Source: an uncultured Lachnospiraceae bacterium (GTDB taxonomy: Bacteria > Bacillota > Clostridia > Lachnospirales > Lachnospiraceae). From it: a stretch of 64,000 bases of DNA. Of this stretch, positions 10,010 through 17,673 are shown piece after piece; position 1 is the first letter of the stretch; the number at the start of each line of letters is the position of its first letter. The DNA is taken from contig CAJUOE010000039.1 in assembly GCA_910587895.1 (NCBI GenBank), positions 1,711 to 65,710 of the forward strand. The letters run 5' to 3'. The notes under the pieces were generated by a model, which was given only the letters and a program-made list of their open reading frames with translations, did not search any database and was not told the origin of the DNA. Position numbers and translations under genes: made by a program.

Positions 10010-10167
10010 TTTACATTCCTCCTTTCCATGCTTATTATGACATGAAAATGGGGAAAATGCAATTAGAGGAGGAAGGCAAATGCGCAGCATTTCCGGAATG
10101 CCTTCCGACGACATGGCAGGAGACGCAAAGCGTCGCGTGCCGTTACATTGATGTTAGGAGGTTGATT

Positions 10168-11082
10168 ATGGTATATGATGTAATTATTCTGGGGAGCGGG
10201 CCTGCGGGATTAAGCGCGGCTGTCTATGCACAGCGCGCACGTTTCCACACACTTATTATAGAAGAAAAACCTTTGAGCGGGGGGCAGATCCTGGACACTT
10301 ATGAGGTAGATAACTATCCGGGCCTTCCGGGAATAACCGGGTTTGAGCTGGGACAGAAATTCCGTACTCATGCGGATCAGTTTGGGGCGGAGTTTGTGAA
10401 TGAACAGGTGAAGGAAATTCAGGTTGAGGGCGATAAGAAACTGGTTGTTACAGATAAAGGAAATTATGAGGCGAGGGCTCTGATTCTTGCAACCGGAGCC
10501 AGGCATCGGAAACTCAATGTTCCAGGAGAGGAGAAATTTACCGGAATGGGCGTCTCCTACTGCGCAACCTGCGACGGTGCATTTTTCCGTGGGAAAGACG
10601 TTATGGTTGTTGGCGGCGGCGATGTTGCGCTCGAAGATGCGCTGTTTCTGGCAAGGAGCTGTGAAAAGGTCTTTCTCGTCCATCGGAGGGAAGAGTTCAG
10701 GGGCGCACGGATTTTGCAGGAACGCGTGAAAGAGACAGGGAACATTGAACTCGTGTTGAACTATAACCTGAAAGAGATTCGCGGGGAGGAGCAGGTATCA
10801 TCCGCGTTGCTGCGTCACAGCACAGAAGATGCCAAGCGCGAACTTCAGGTACAGGGTATCTTCATCGCAGTTGGGGTTGAGCCGAACACGACGGCAATCC
10901 AGGGTATGGTTGCGCAGGATGAACAGGGGTATATCATTGCCGGGGAAGATACAAGGACAAGTGTGCCGGGAATCTTTGCAGCAGGCGATGTGCGCACAAA
11001 ACAGCTGCGTCAGGTTATCACGGCGGCAGCGGACGGCGCGAACGCGATCACATCCGTAGAGCGCTATCTCAGCACGATTTGA
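10168..11082 (+). CDS. trxB: Thioredoxin-disulfide reductase
   Basis: 304 aa from the ATG at 10168 (AGGAGG RBS). FAD motif ILGSGPAGLSAA, redox-active CATCDG, NADPH motif VVGGGDVALEDA, and GIFAAGDV. Confidence 0.9.
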   Translation: MVYDVIILGSGPAGLSAAVYAQRARFHTLIIEEKPLSGGQILDTYEVDNYPGLPGITGFELGQKFRTHADQFGAEFVNEQVKEIQVEGDKKLVVTDKGNYEARALILATGARHRKLNVPGEEKFTGMGVSYCATCDGAFFRGKDVMVVGGGDVALEDALFLARSCEKVFLVHRREEFRGARILQERVKETGNIELVLNYNLKEIRGEEQVSSALLRHSTEDAKRELQVQGIFIAVGVEPNTTAIQGMVAQDEQGYIIAGEDTRTSVPGIFAAGDVRTKQLRQVITAAADGANAITSVERYLSTI

Positions 11083-11146
11083 TGGTTGCGGATTATCTGG
11101 ATATCATGGGAATAAAAACGCTATGAACAATAATCGGGGGCATTAT

Positions 11147-11163
11147 TGATATAAATTTGTAAC
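11147..11163 (+). promoter_or_regulatory. WalR-type direct repeat (11/12 match) upstream of the -35
   Basis: TGATAT-aaatt-TGTAAC compared with the consensus TGTWAH-N5-TGTWAH. It ends 10 nt before the -35 hexamer. Confidence 0.35.
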
Positions 11164-11173
11164 ATATTAATGG

Positions 11174-11202
11174 TTGACATATGGTATACCCTTTGCTATA
11201 AT
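11174..11202 (+). promoter_or_regulatory. Consensus sigma-A promoter of the NlpC/P60 gene
   Basis: TTGACA (11174-11179), exactly 17 nt, TATAAT (11197-11202). Confidence 0.6.
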
Positions 11203-11208
11203 TATCCC

Positions 11209-11225
11209 TGTAATAAAATTGTAAC
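11209..11225 (+). promoter_or_regulatory. WalR-type direct repeat (12/12 match) just downstream of the -10
   Basis: TGTAAT-aaaat-TGTAAC matches TGTWAH-N5-TGTWAH perfectly and lies around the predicted transcription start. Confidence 0.4.
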
Positions 11226-11283
11226 AAATGAGAAATTCCGACAGGAATTTGTAACAATAAACAGGATAAAAATGGAGGGTAAG

Positions 11284-12483
11284 ATGAACAGAAATTCAAT
11301 CAGAAGAGCAACTACATGTTGCCTGACCGCAGCAGTTGTATTGTCTAGCAGTTCGTTTGTAACAAATGCAGCAAATGCAGGCGTAGGAAGCCTGATTTCG
11401 GCGAATCAGGTTGAAGTACAGGTTGGAAACGAGATAAGCTCTACCGCCGGTGTTTCAGGAACAATCGCCAAATCTCTGGGGAAGAAATCAGATTCCGCTC
11501 AGGTAGCGCAGAACGAGAAGGCAGTTGTAAAATCTGAATATGATGATATAGCAATCGCTCAGGTAGATAATTACGTAAATGTCCGTTCAACCGCAGGTGA
11601 GGACGGAGAGGTACTTGGAAAATTATATAACGATTCTGCATGTACGGTTCTTGGAACCGAGGGTGACTGGTACAAGATTCACTCCGGTGATGTGGAAGGC
11701 TACATAAAAGCAGAATTCCTGGAAGTTGGAAATGCTGAACTGGCAAAATCCGTTGGACGCCGTGTGGCAGATGTCAAGACGGATTCCCTGAATGTTCGTT
11801 CAGATGCGAATACAGATTCAGAGGTTCTTGGACAGGTTCCGGAAGGTGAGGAGCTTTCCGTAGTAGAAGAGAAGGACGGCTGGGTAAAGGTTTCCATCGA
11901 GGAAGGCGAAGGCTGGGTTTCCAGTGAGTTCGTTGATTGCAGTACCCACTATATTGTTGCAGAGTCCAAGGAAGCAGAAGAGGCTCGCCTGAAGAAAGAA
12001 GAAGAAGAGAGAAAAGCAGCAGAAGAGGCAGCAGCGGCAGCAGCAAGAAGGGCATCCGGTAGTTCCTCAAGATCCGCTGGTTCTTCCAGCTCCGGCGGCA
12101 GTGCAGCACCGAGCAGAAGCTACAATCCGCCAAGCGGCGGCAATGGACAGGCAGTTGCAAATTATGCCTGCCAGTTCGTAGGTAACCCGTATGTATACGG
12201 TGGGACAAGCCTTACAAATGGAGCAGATTGTTCTGGATTTGTTATGAGTGTTTACGCAGCATTTGGCGTAGGACTTCCCCATTCCTCCAGCGCCCTTGCA
12301 GGTGTTGGCTATGGAGTTGACCCGGGCGCAATGCAGCCGGGAGATATCGTTTGCTACAGCGGACATGTTGGAATTTATGTAGGAAATAACACGATTGTCC
12401 ATGCAAGTACCGAGGCAACAGGAATTAAATACACCTCTCCTGCAAACTATCGTGCAATTGTAGCAGTAAGAAGAATTTTTTAA
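11284..12483 (+). CDS. Secreted NlpC/P60 (C40) peptidoglycan endopeptidase with two SH3b-like domains
   Basis: Signal peptide (..VTNAANA). Two SH3b-like repeats (VNVRS.AGEDGEVLGKL..GDWYKI; LNVRSDANTDSEVLGQV..DGWVKV). Glu/Ala/Ser-rich linker. C-terminal catalytic GGTSLTNGADCSGFV..GHVGIYVG. GGAGG RBS before the ATG at 11284. Confidence 0.85.
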   Translation: MNRNSIRRATTCCLTAAVVLSSSSFVTNAANAGVGSLISANQVEVQVGNEISSTAGVSGTIAKSLGKKSDSAQVAQNEKAVVKSEYDDIAIAQVDNYVNVRSTAGEDGEVLGKLYNDSACTVLGTEGDWYKIHSGDVEGYIKAEFLEVGNAELAKSVGRRVADVKTDSLNVRSDANTDSEVLGQVPEGEELSVVEEKDGWVKVSIEEGEGWVSSEFVDCSTHYIVAESKEAEEARLKKEEEERKAAEEAAAAAARRASGSSSRSAGSSSSGGSAAPSRSYNPPSGGNGQAVANYACQFVGNPYVYGGTSLTNGADCSGFVMSVYAAFGVGLPHSSSALAGVGYGVDPGAMQPGDIVCYSGHVGIYVGNNTIVHASTEATGIKYTSPANYRAIVAVRRIF

Positions 12484-12500
12484 GGAAATGTAAACGAAAG

Positions 12501-12539
12501 ATAACCGGATTACAGTTAAGCTGTAATCCGGTTATTTTT
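12501..12539 (+). terminator. Rho-independent terminator of the NlpC/P60 gene
   Basis: ATAACCGGATTACAG-ttaag-CTGTAATCCGGTTAT followed by TTTT. Confidence 0.8.
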
Positions 12540-12776
12540 ATCTTACAGGAAGAACCTTGTCATGCGAAAGAAGGAAAGCGCCTTCCTGTGAGAAAAAATA
12601 TAAAATAGCGTCTACAGGACGTATTTTGCGAAATTGTTACACAATTCATACTTTTTCGACAAAGATTCTTTTCCATAAAATACAAAAATGATTTGACAAA
12701 AAACGACTTTAACAAAATGCACAAAATCTTTGGGCTGACATAAAATTACAGGATTTGACGTAAAAGTTATCCACAA

Positions 12777-12848
12777 AATATTTGCCTGTAAAAAACCAGA
12801 ATTTTGAGTTATACACGAAGTTATCAACGTTATCCACAAAAAATACGA
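12777..12848 (+). promoter_or_regulatory. Cluster of four co-oriented DnaA-box-like 9-mers
   Basis: Perfect TTATCCACA at 12777-12785 and 12840-12848. TTATACACG (12819-12827) and TTATCAACG (12831-12839) each match 7/9. All four are on the same strand inside an ORF-poor AT-rich spacer. Confidence 0.55.
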
Positions 12849-12941
12849 CAAAAAGCGAGTTTACATAGTAAATGAATCAAAACATGTGTTTTGTGGAGTT
12901 GTAATAAATTTGACATTTCAGGAAAAAAATGGGGAAAAGAA

Positions 12942-12970
12942 TTGACAATCAAAAAAACAAAAAATATTAT
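12942..12970 (+). promoter_or_regulatory. Sigma-A type promoter candidate inside the spacer
   Basis: TTGACA, 17 nt, TATTAT. Confidence 0.35.
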
Positions 12971-13011
12971 TTCCATTACAAAAATGTCTGTCAATTATTC
13001 AAAAACGGTAG

Positions 13012-13040
13012 TTGAAAAAAATTCCTTTATTTGGTATACT
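13012..13040 (+). promoter_or_regulatory. Sigma-A type promoter candidate (extended -10) for the tagA-like/yitT operon
   Basis: TTGAAA, 17 nt, TATACT with TGg immediately upstream of the -10. This leaves a ~120-nt leader before the ATG at 13165. Confidence 0.45.
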
Positions 13041-13164
13041 TCTAAAATAGTTTGTATTTATGTCTTATAATATGTCTTAATGTGACAGCCCCCATTCAGG
13101 TAAAAATTATATTGATGTCTGGTATGACAAATATTCATCAGTAAATGGAAGAGTATGGTGTAGT

Positions 13165-13857
13165 ATGGTGAAAAAGTTAGAAATCCTCGGCATAAAACTT
13201 AATAATTATACCGTTCGGGAAGCGATGCTTAAAATTGAGGTGTGTTGGAATAATACCATTATGAGTACCGTGGAAACCATTTCGATGGACACGCTGGTTA
13301 AGGCGCAGTCAGATGAATTGGTAAAAAGCTGCATAGAAAATCTGGATTTGGCAATTATTTGTGATAAAGAGATTTTGAAAGCGGCAGGGCTTGTCTCAAC
13401 GCAGCGCATGAAAGAGACGGTGGAAAATGAATTTATGAAGGAATTTCTGAGGCGTGCCGTGCGCAACCGGCGTACCGTTTATCTTCTGGGGGAGACAGAG
13501 GAGCAGATTGAACTGCTGCGGGAATTTCTGGATGAGAAGTATGAGAGAATCAAGATTGCAGGCATATATGCATTATCTGCGTGCAATGGGGATTATGATA
13601 CCGTTATCAATGAGATTAATATTGCCACGCCGGATGCGATTCTTTCGGTAATTCCTACGCCGGAACAGGAGTATTTTCTGAAAGAGCACAAGGAAAAGCT
13701 CAACGCCAAGATATGGTATGGCCTGGGCGGGGATTTTGCGGGCAGGCAGGGAAAATCCGAGGTGGCAGGTTTTGCCCGGAAACTGATACAGAAAGGAATT
13801 TTGCATACGCGGCTGATGCGTTATAAAAAAAGCGACGGTGAGGAAGGAAATGAATAA
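13165..13857 (+). CDS. WecB/TagA/CpsF-family glycosyltransferase
   Basis: 230 aa. The N-terminal LEILGIKLNNYTVREAM.. pattern and the central VYLLGE..E....L......Y..I.I.G layout are typical of TagA-like enzymes. Confidence 0.7.
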   Translation: MVKKLEILGIKLNNYTVREAMLKIEVCWNNTIMSTVETISMDTLVKAQSDELVKSCIENLDLAIICDKEILKAAGLVSTQRMKETVENEFMKEFLRRAVRNRRTVYLLGETEEQIELLREFLDEKYERIKIAGIYALSACNGDYDTVINEINIATPDAILSVIPTPEQEYFLKEHKEKLNAKIWYGLGGDFAGRQGKSEVAGFARKLIQKGILHTRLMRYKKSDGEEGNE

Positions 13858-14725
13858 AGTTTCTGTGAATAAAAGGAATCCTGTGGTGTTGTATCTGGCG
13901 ATTATCGCCGGCACAGGGGTTTTGGCGTTTGCCATCAAATGTATTTTTGATCCGGTAGGTCTTGTTACAGGGGGATTTACCGGTATTGCAATTTTGCTGA
14001 AAAAACTGACGGAATTTTTCTACGCGGGAGGCATACCGCTCTGGTTTGCCAATCTTGCCCTGAATATTCCATTTTTTATTATTGCCTTGTGGCTGAAAGG
14101 AAAGCGCTTCATCTGGAGGACCGGGTTTGCCACAGCGCTGCTCTCGGTATGGCTGTATGTGATACCGGAGATAGATTTCGTCGATGGAGATTATATCCTG
14201 GCCGCCATTTTTGGCGGCGTGCTCGTGGGCGTTGCCATGGGAATGATTCTCTGGGCGGAGGCGACCACCGGCGGTACGGAGATGGTGGCGGTGCTCATGC
14301 AGGGGTGGCTCAGGCATTATTCGGTAGCGCAGATTATGCAGGTGTTGGACGGGCTTATCGTAATCGTCGGCATGTATGTGTTTGGCCTGCGCCCTTCCAT
14401 GTATGCAATTGTGGCGATTTTTATTTCATCGAAAGTGATGGATAATATTTTGGAGGGTGTGAAATTTTCCAAGGCCGCATATATTATTACAGATTCCTAT
14501 GAGGAAATTGCAAAGAGGGTGATGGAGGAACTGGAGCGCGGGGTGACCGGAATGGAGGCGCATGGAATGTATTCCGGCGATAAGAAATGCGTGCTGTACT
14601 GCGTGGTGTCCAAGAAAGAGATTGTCCGTTTGAAGGAGCTTGTGCATCAGGTAGACAAGGATGCGTTTGTGGTCGTTGGTGATGTGAGGGAAGTGCTGGG
14701 TGAAGGGTTTGTATACTATGCCTAA
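13850..14725 (+). CDS. YitT-family membrane protein (DUF2179 C-terminal domain)
   Basis: Five or six TM helices with GGFTG and GGTEM motifs. Soluble C-terminal GVTGMEAHGMYSGDKKCVLYCVVSKKEIVRLKELV. Overlaps the end of the tagA-like gene; a GTG at 13838 is an alternative start. Confidence 0.75.
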   Translation: MNKVSVNKRNPVVLYLAIIAGTGVLAFAIKCIFDPVGLVTGGFTGIAILLKKLTEFFYAGGIPLWFANLALNIPFFIIALWLKGKRFIWRTGFATALLSVWLYVIPEIDFVDGDYILAAIFGGVLVGVAMGMILWAEATTGGTEMVAVLMQGWLRHYSVAQIMQVLDGLIVIVGMYVFGLRPSMYAIVAIFISSKVMDNILEGVKFSKAAYIITDSYEEIAKRVMEELERGVTGMEAHGMYSGDKKCVLYCVVSKKEIVRLKELVHQVDKDAFVVVGDVREVLGEGFVYYA

Positions 14726-14948
14726 GACAAAAAATCTTATATTTCGAAAAATAATTGAGGAAATGCATAAAAAAATGATATTTTCCTCTTTATTTTTTTG
14801 TGCTTTTGCATTAAAATATAAATTAGGTTATTTTTTTGCTGGAAAATAGGAGAAATATAATTTGTGAAAGTTGCATAGTCATAATGTACAAGTGTGTGAG
14901 TGAAAGCAGTAGGAGTAAGAGACAGAAAAAGGAAAGGGAGTGCATAAA

Positions 14949-16037
14949 ATGATTTCAAATCAGATACTTCAGAATACGATTGATGGTTTAAAAGGTATTA
15001 CCAGAATTGATTTGTGTATTATTGATACGGAGGGGAAAGTTCTGGCGACAACTTTTCAGGATACGGATAATTATGTCACAGCAGCGCTTACCTTCGTTGA
15101 TTCACCGGCAGACAGCCAGGTCTTTCTGGGATGCCAGTTTTTTAAAGTATTTGATGAGCACCAGTTAGAATATGTTCTGCTCGCCAACGGTGACAGTGAT
15201 GATGTATTTATGGTGGGGAAAATTGCAAGTTTCCAGCTCCAGAATTTGCTGGTAGCGTACAAGGAGCGTTTCGATAAAGACAATTTTGTGAAAAATCTTT
15301 TGCTGGATAATCTTTTGCTGGTGGATATTTATAACCGCGCCAAGAAACTTCACATTGACACAGAAGCACGCAGAGTCGTATTTATCATAGAGACCGCCCT
15401 GGAGAAAGACGGCAATGAAATGGAGAAAGTTCGCGGGCTGCTGGGCAGCAAATCCAGAGATTTCATTACAGCGGTAGATGAGAAAAACATCATCGTTGTC
15501 AAAGAAGTGCTGGAAAATGAAGGATACGACGATTTAAACAAAACGGCAGAGATGATTTTGAATATGTTCCATGGCAGCGATAATCAGGAAATCCACATTG
15601 CCTATGGAACGATTGTAAATGAGATCAAGGAGGTCTCAAGGTCTTATAAAGAAGCGCGCATGGCGCTGGACGTTGGCAAGATTTTCTTTGAGGAGCACCG
15701 GATTATTGCGTATTCCACGCTGGGTATCGGACGTTTGATTTATCAGCTGCCGATTCCGCTGTGTAAAATGTTTATCAAAGAAATTTTTGATGGGAAGTCG
15801 CCGGATGAATTTGACGATGAGACGCTTACCACCATCAATAAGTTTTTTGAGAACAGCCTCAATGTATCGGAGACGTCCAGACAGCTCTACATCCACCGCA
15901 ATACGCTTGTCTACCGGTTGGACAAATTACAGAAGAGTACGGGACTTGATTTGCGTATCTTTGAGGACGCCATTACTTTTAAGATTGCATTGATGGTAGT
16001 AAAATATATGAAATATATGGAGTCTTTGGATTATTAG
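14949..16037 (+). CDS. PucR/CdaR-family transcriptional regulator
   Basis: C-terminal HTH ETSRQLYIHRNTLVYRLDKLQKSTGLDLR..FEDA is typical of PucR_C. GGGAG RBS before the ATG at 14949. Confidence 0.75.
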   Translation: MISNQILQNTIDGLKGITRIDLCIIDTEGKVLATTFQDTDNYVTAALTFVDSPADSQVFLGCQFFKVFDEHQLEYVLLANGDSDDVFMVGKIASFQLQNLLVAYKERFDKDNFVKNLLLDNLLLVDIYNRAKKLHIDTEARRVVFIIETALEKDGNEMEKVRGLLGSKSRDFITAVDEKNIIVVKEVLENEGYDDLNKTAEMILNMFHGSDNQEIHIAYGTIVNEIKEVSRSYKEARMALDVGKIFFEEHRIIAYSTLGIGRLIYQLPIPLCKMFIKEIFDGKSPDEFDDETLTTINKFFENSLNVSETSRQLYIHRNTLVYRLDKLQKSTGLDLRIFEDAITFKIALMVVKYMKYMESLDY

Positions 16038-16051
16038 ATTAGGAGGCCTAT

Positions 16052-16735
16052 ATGATAAAACTTGAAAATGTCAGCAAAGCATATGCGGCGGGAATACCGG
16101 CGTTGAATGACGTCAGCCTGCATATCGAGACAGGGGAGTTTGTCTTTGTGGTTGGGGACAGCGGTTCCGGAAAGTCCACATTGATTAAGCTGCTTTTAAA
16201 GGAACTTGAGCCTACGAGCGGCAGCATCATCATCAATGGACAGAAACTTGGCAATATCCGCCATCGGGATATACCGCGGTTTCGCAGGAACCTTGGAGTT
16301 GTATTTCAGGACTTCCGCCTGCTCAAAGACAGGAATGTATATGAGAATGTAGCCTTTGCCCAGCGCGTCATCGGAATGCCGGTGAAGAGTATGCGCCGGA
16401 AGGTGCCGGCGGTGCTTTCCATGGTAGGGCTTGCGGCAAAATATAAATCTTATCCCAGACAGATTTCCGGTGGGGAACAGCAGCGTGTGGCAATTGCGCG
16501 GGCGCTTGTAAATGAACCGAAAATCCTGCTTGCAGACGAGCCTACCGGGAACCTTGACGCTAACAATGCCTGGGATATTATGAAACTGCTGGATGAGATC
16601 AATCAGAGAGGGACGACGGTTTTGGTTGTTACGCATAATCTGGACATTGTCAAGACCATGAAGAAACGTGTCATTACAATGAAGAAAGGCGTTGTCGTCA
16701 GTGACGAGCGGATGGGTGATGACAATGAGGATTAG
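16052..16735 (+). CDS. ftsE: Cell-division ABC ATPase FtsE
   Basis: Walker A GDSGSGKST, signature ISGGEQQR, Walker B ILLADEPTGNLD; 227 aa and followed by ftsX. Confidence 0.9.
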   Translation: MIKLENVSKAYAAGIPALNDVSLHIETGEFVFVVGDSGSGKSTLIKLLLKELEPTSGSIIINGQKLGNIRHRDIPRFRRNLGVVFQDFRLLKDRNVYENVAFAQRVIGMPVKSMRRKVPAVLSMVGLAAKYKSYPRQISGGEQQRVAIARALVNEPKILLADEPTGNLDANNAWDIMKLLDEINQRGTTVLVVTHNLDIVKTMKKRVITMKKGVVVSDERMGDDNED

Positions 16736-17633
16736 TACATTTTTTTATACGCTCAGACAGGGCGCCAAAAATATCTGGAAAAATAAAATGTTTTCCCTTG
16801 CCTCCATTGCAACGATGTCAGCCTGTATCTTTCTGTTCGGGGTATTTTATTCTGTGGTGGTCAATTTTCAGAGCGTTGTGCAGGAAGTGGAATCCGGCGT
16901 GGCAGTTACCGTATTTTTTGTAGACGGTACGTCCCAGGAGCAGATAGATGAGATCGGCGAACAGATCAGCAAGCGCGCGGAAGTATCGAAGAAAGTATTT
17001 ATTTCTGCGGAGCAGGCCTGGGCGGAATTTCAGAAAATTTATTTTGAGGGAGCTGAGGACATGGCGGAAGGATTTACGAATGATAATCCGCTGGCAAACT
17101 CGGCACATTATGAAGTTTATATGAACGACATTTCCATGCAGGAAGCGTTGGTTACATATCTGGGGTCTCTGGATGGAGTAAAGGAAGTCAAGAGTTCTGA
17201 TATTGCGGCAAACACATTGACGGATTTTAACCGTCTGATTGGTTATGTTTCTGCGGGAATCATCCTGATTCTTTTGTGTGTGGCAATTTTTTTGATTAGC
17301 AACACGGTTATGATTGGAATCGCAGTCCGGCGGGAAGAGATTGCGATTATGAAACTGATTGGAGCAACGGATTATTTCGTGCGCGCGCCCTTCATTGTAG
17401 AGGGAATCCTGATTGGGATTATTGGCTCGGCGCTGCCGCTTACGGTGCTTTATTTCATGTACCGCAGAATTATCTTTTATGTGGCAGAGAAGTTCCGATG
17501 GCTCAGTAGTATGCTGGAATTCCTTCCGGTAGATAAAGTGTTTGCAACCCTGGTTCCGGTCGGCTTGATTCTGGGCGTCGGGATTGGATTTGTAGGCAGC
17601 AGCCTGACGATACGCAAACATCTCAGAGTGTAA
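16725..17633 (+). CDS. ftsX: Cell-division permease-like protein FtsX
   Basis: 302 aa from the ATG at 16725, overlapping the ftsE end. TM1, a large extracellular loop and three C-terminal TMs, with the MKLIGATDYFVRAPF motif. Confidence 0.85.
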   Translation: MRISTFFYTLRQGAKNIWKNKMFSLASIATMSACIFLFGVFYSVVVNFQSVVQEVESGVAVTVFFVDGTSQEQIDEIGEQISKRAEVSKKVFISAEQAWAEFQKIYFEGAEDMAEGFTNDNPLANSAHYEVYMNDISMQEALVTYLGSLDGVKEVKSSDIAANTLTDFNRLIGYVSAGIILILLCVAIFLISNTVMIGIAVRREEIAIMKLIGATDYFVRAPFIVEGILIGIIGSALPLTVLYFMYRRIIFYVAEKFRWLSSMLEFLPVDKVFATLVPVGLILGVGIGFVGSSLTIRKHLRV

Positions 17634-17673
17634 CGATGGCAGATGAAATAATGACATAGGAAAGAGGGATAAA

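Noticed and set aside
9988-10167. N-terminal extensions in the ORF track (9988.. for trxB; likewise 7801.. cvfB, 11170.. NlpC/P60, 16692.. ftsX, 22546.. thiD, 30744.. kinase, 40673.. rluA, 43208.., 59805.. spoIIID, 60733.. leuA)
   Set aside because: The extensions lack an RBS, overlap upstream genes or leaders, and add non-homologous residues. Internal starts with good RBS and family-typical N-termini were chosen instead.
11203-11283. c-di-AMP (ydaO-type) riboswitch upstream of the NlpC/P60 gene
   Set aside because: The leader after the consensus promoter is only about 75 nt and shows none of the pseudo-two-fold ydaO helices. It is too short for that riboswitch class.
12612-12851. 79-aa minus-strand ORF in the AT-rich spacer
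   Set aside because: It has no RBS and a low-complexity hydrophobic translation dominated by the DnaA-box and A-tract sequence. It is most likely non-coding.
12484-13164. Chromosomal replication origin (oriC)
   Set aside because: No dnaA, dnaN or rpmH genes flank the spacer, and Firmicute oriC is normally tied to dnaA. Only four boxes are present, all in one orientation. The locus is kept as a DnaA-box cluster or regulatory site instead.
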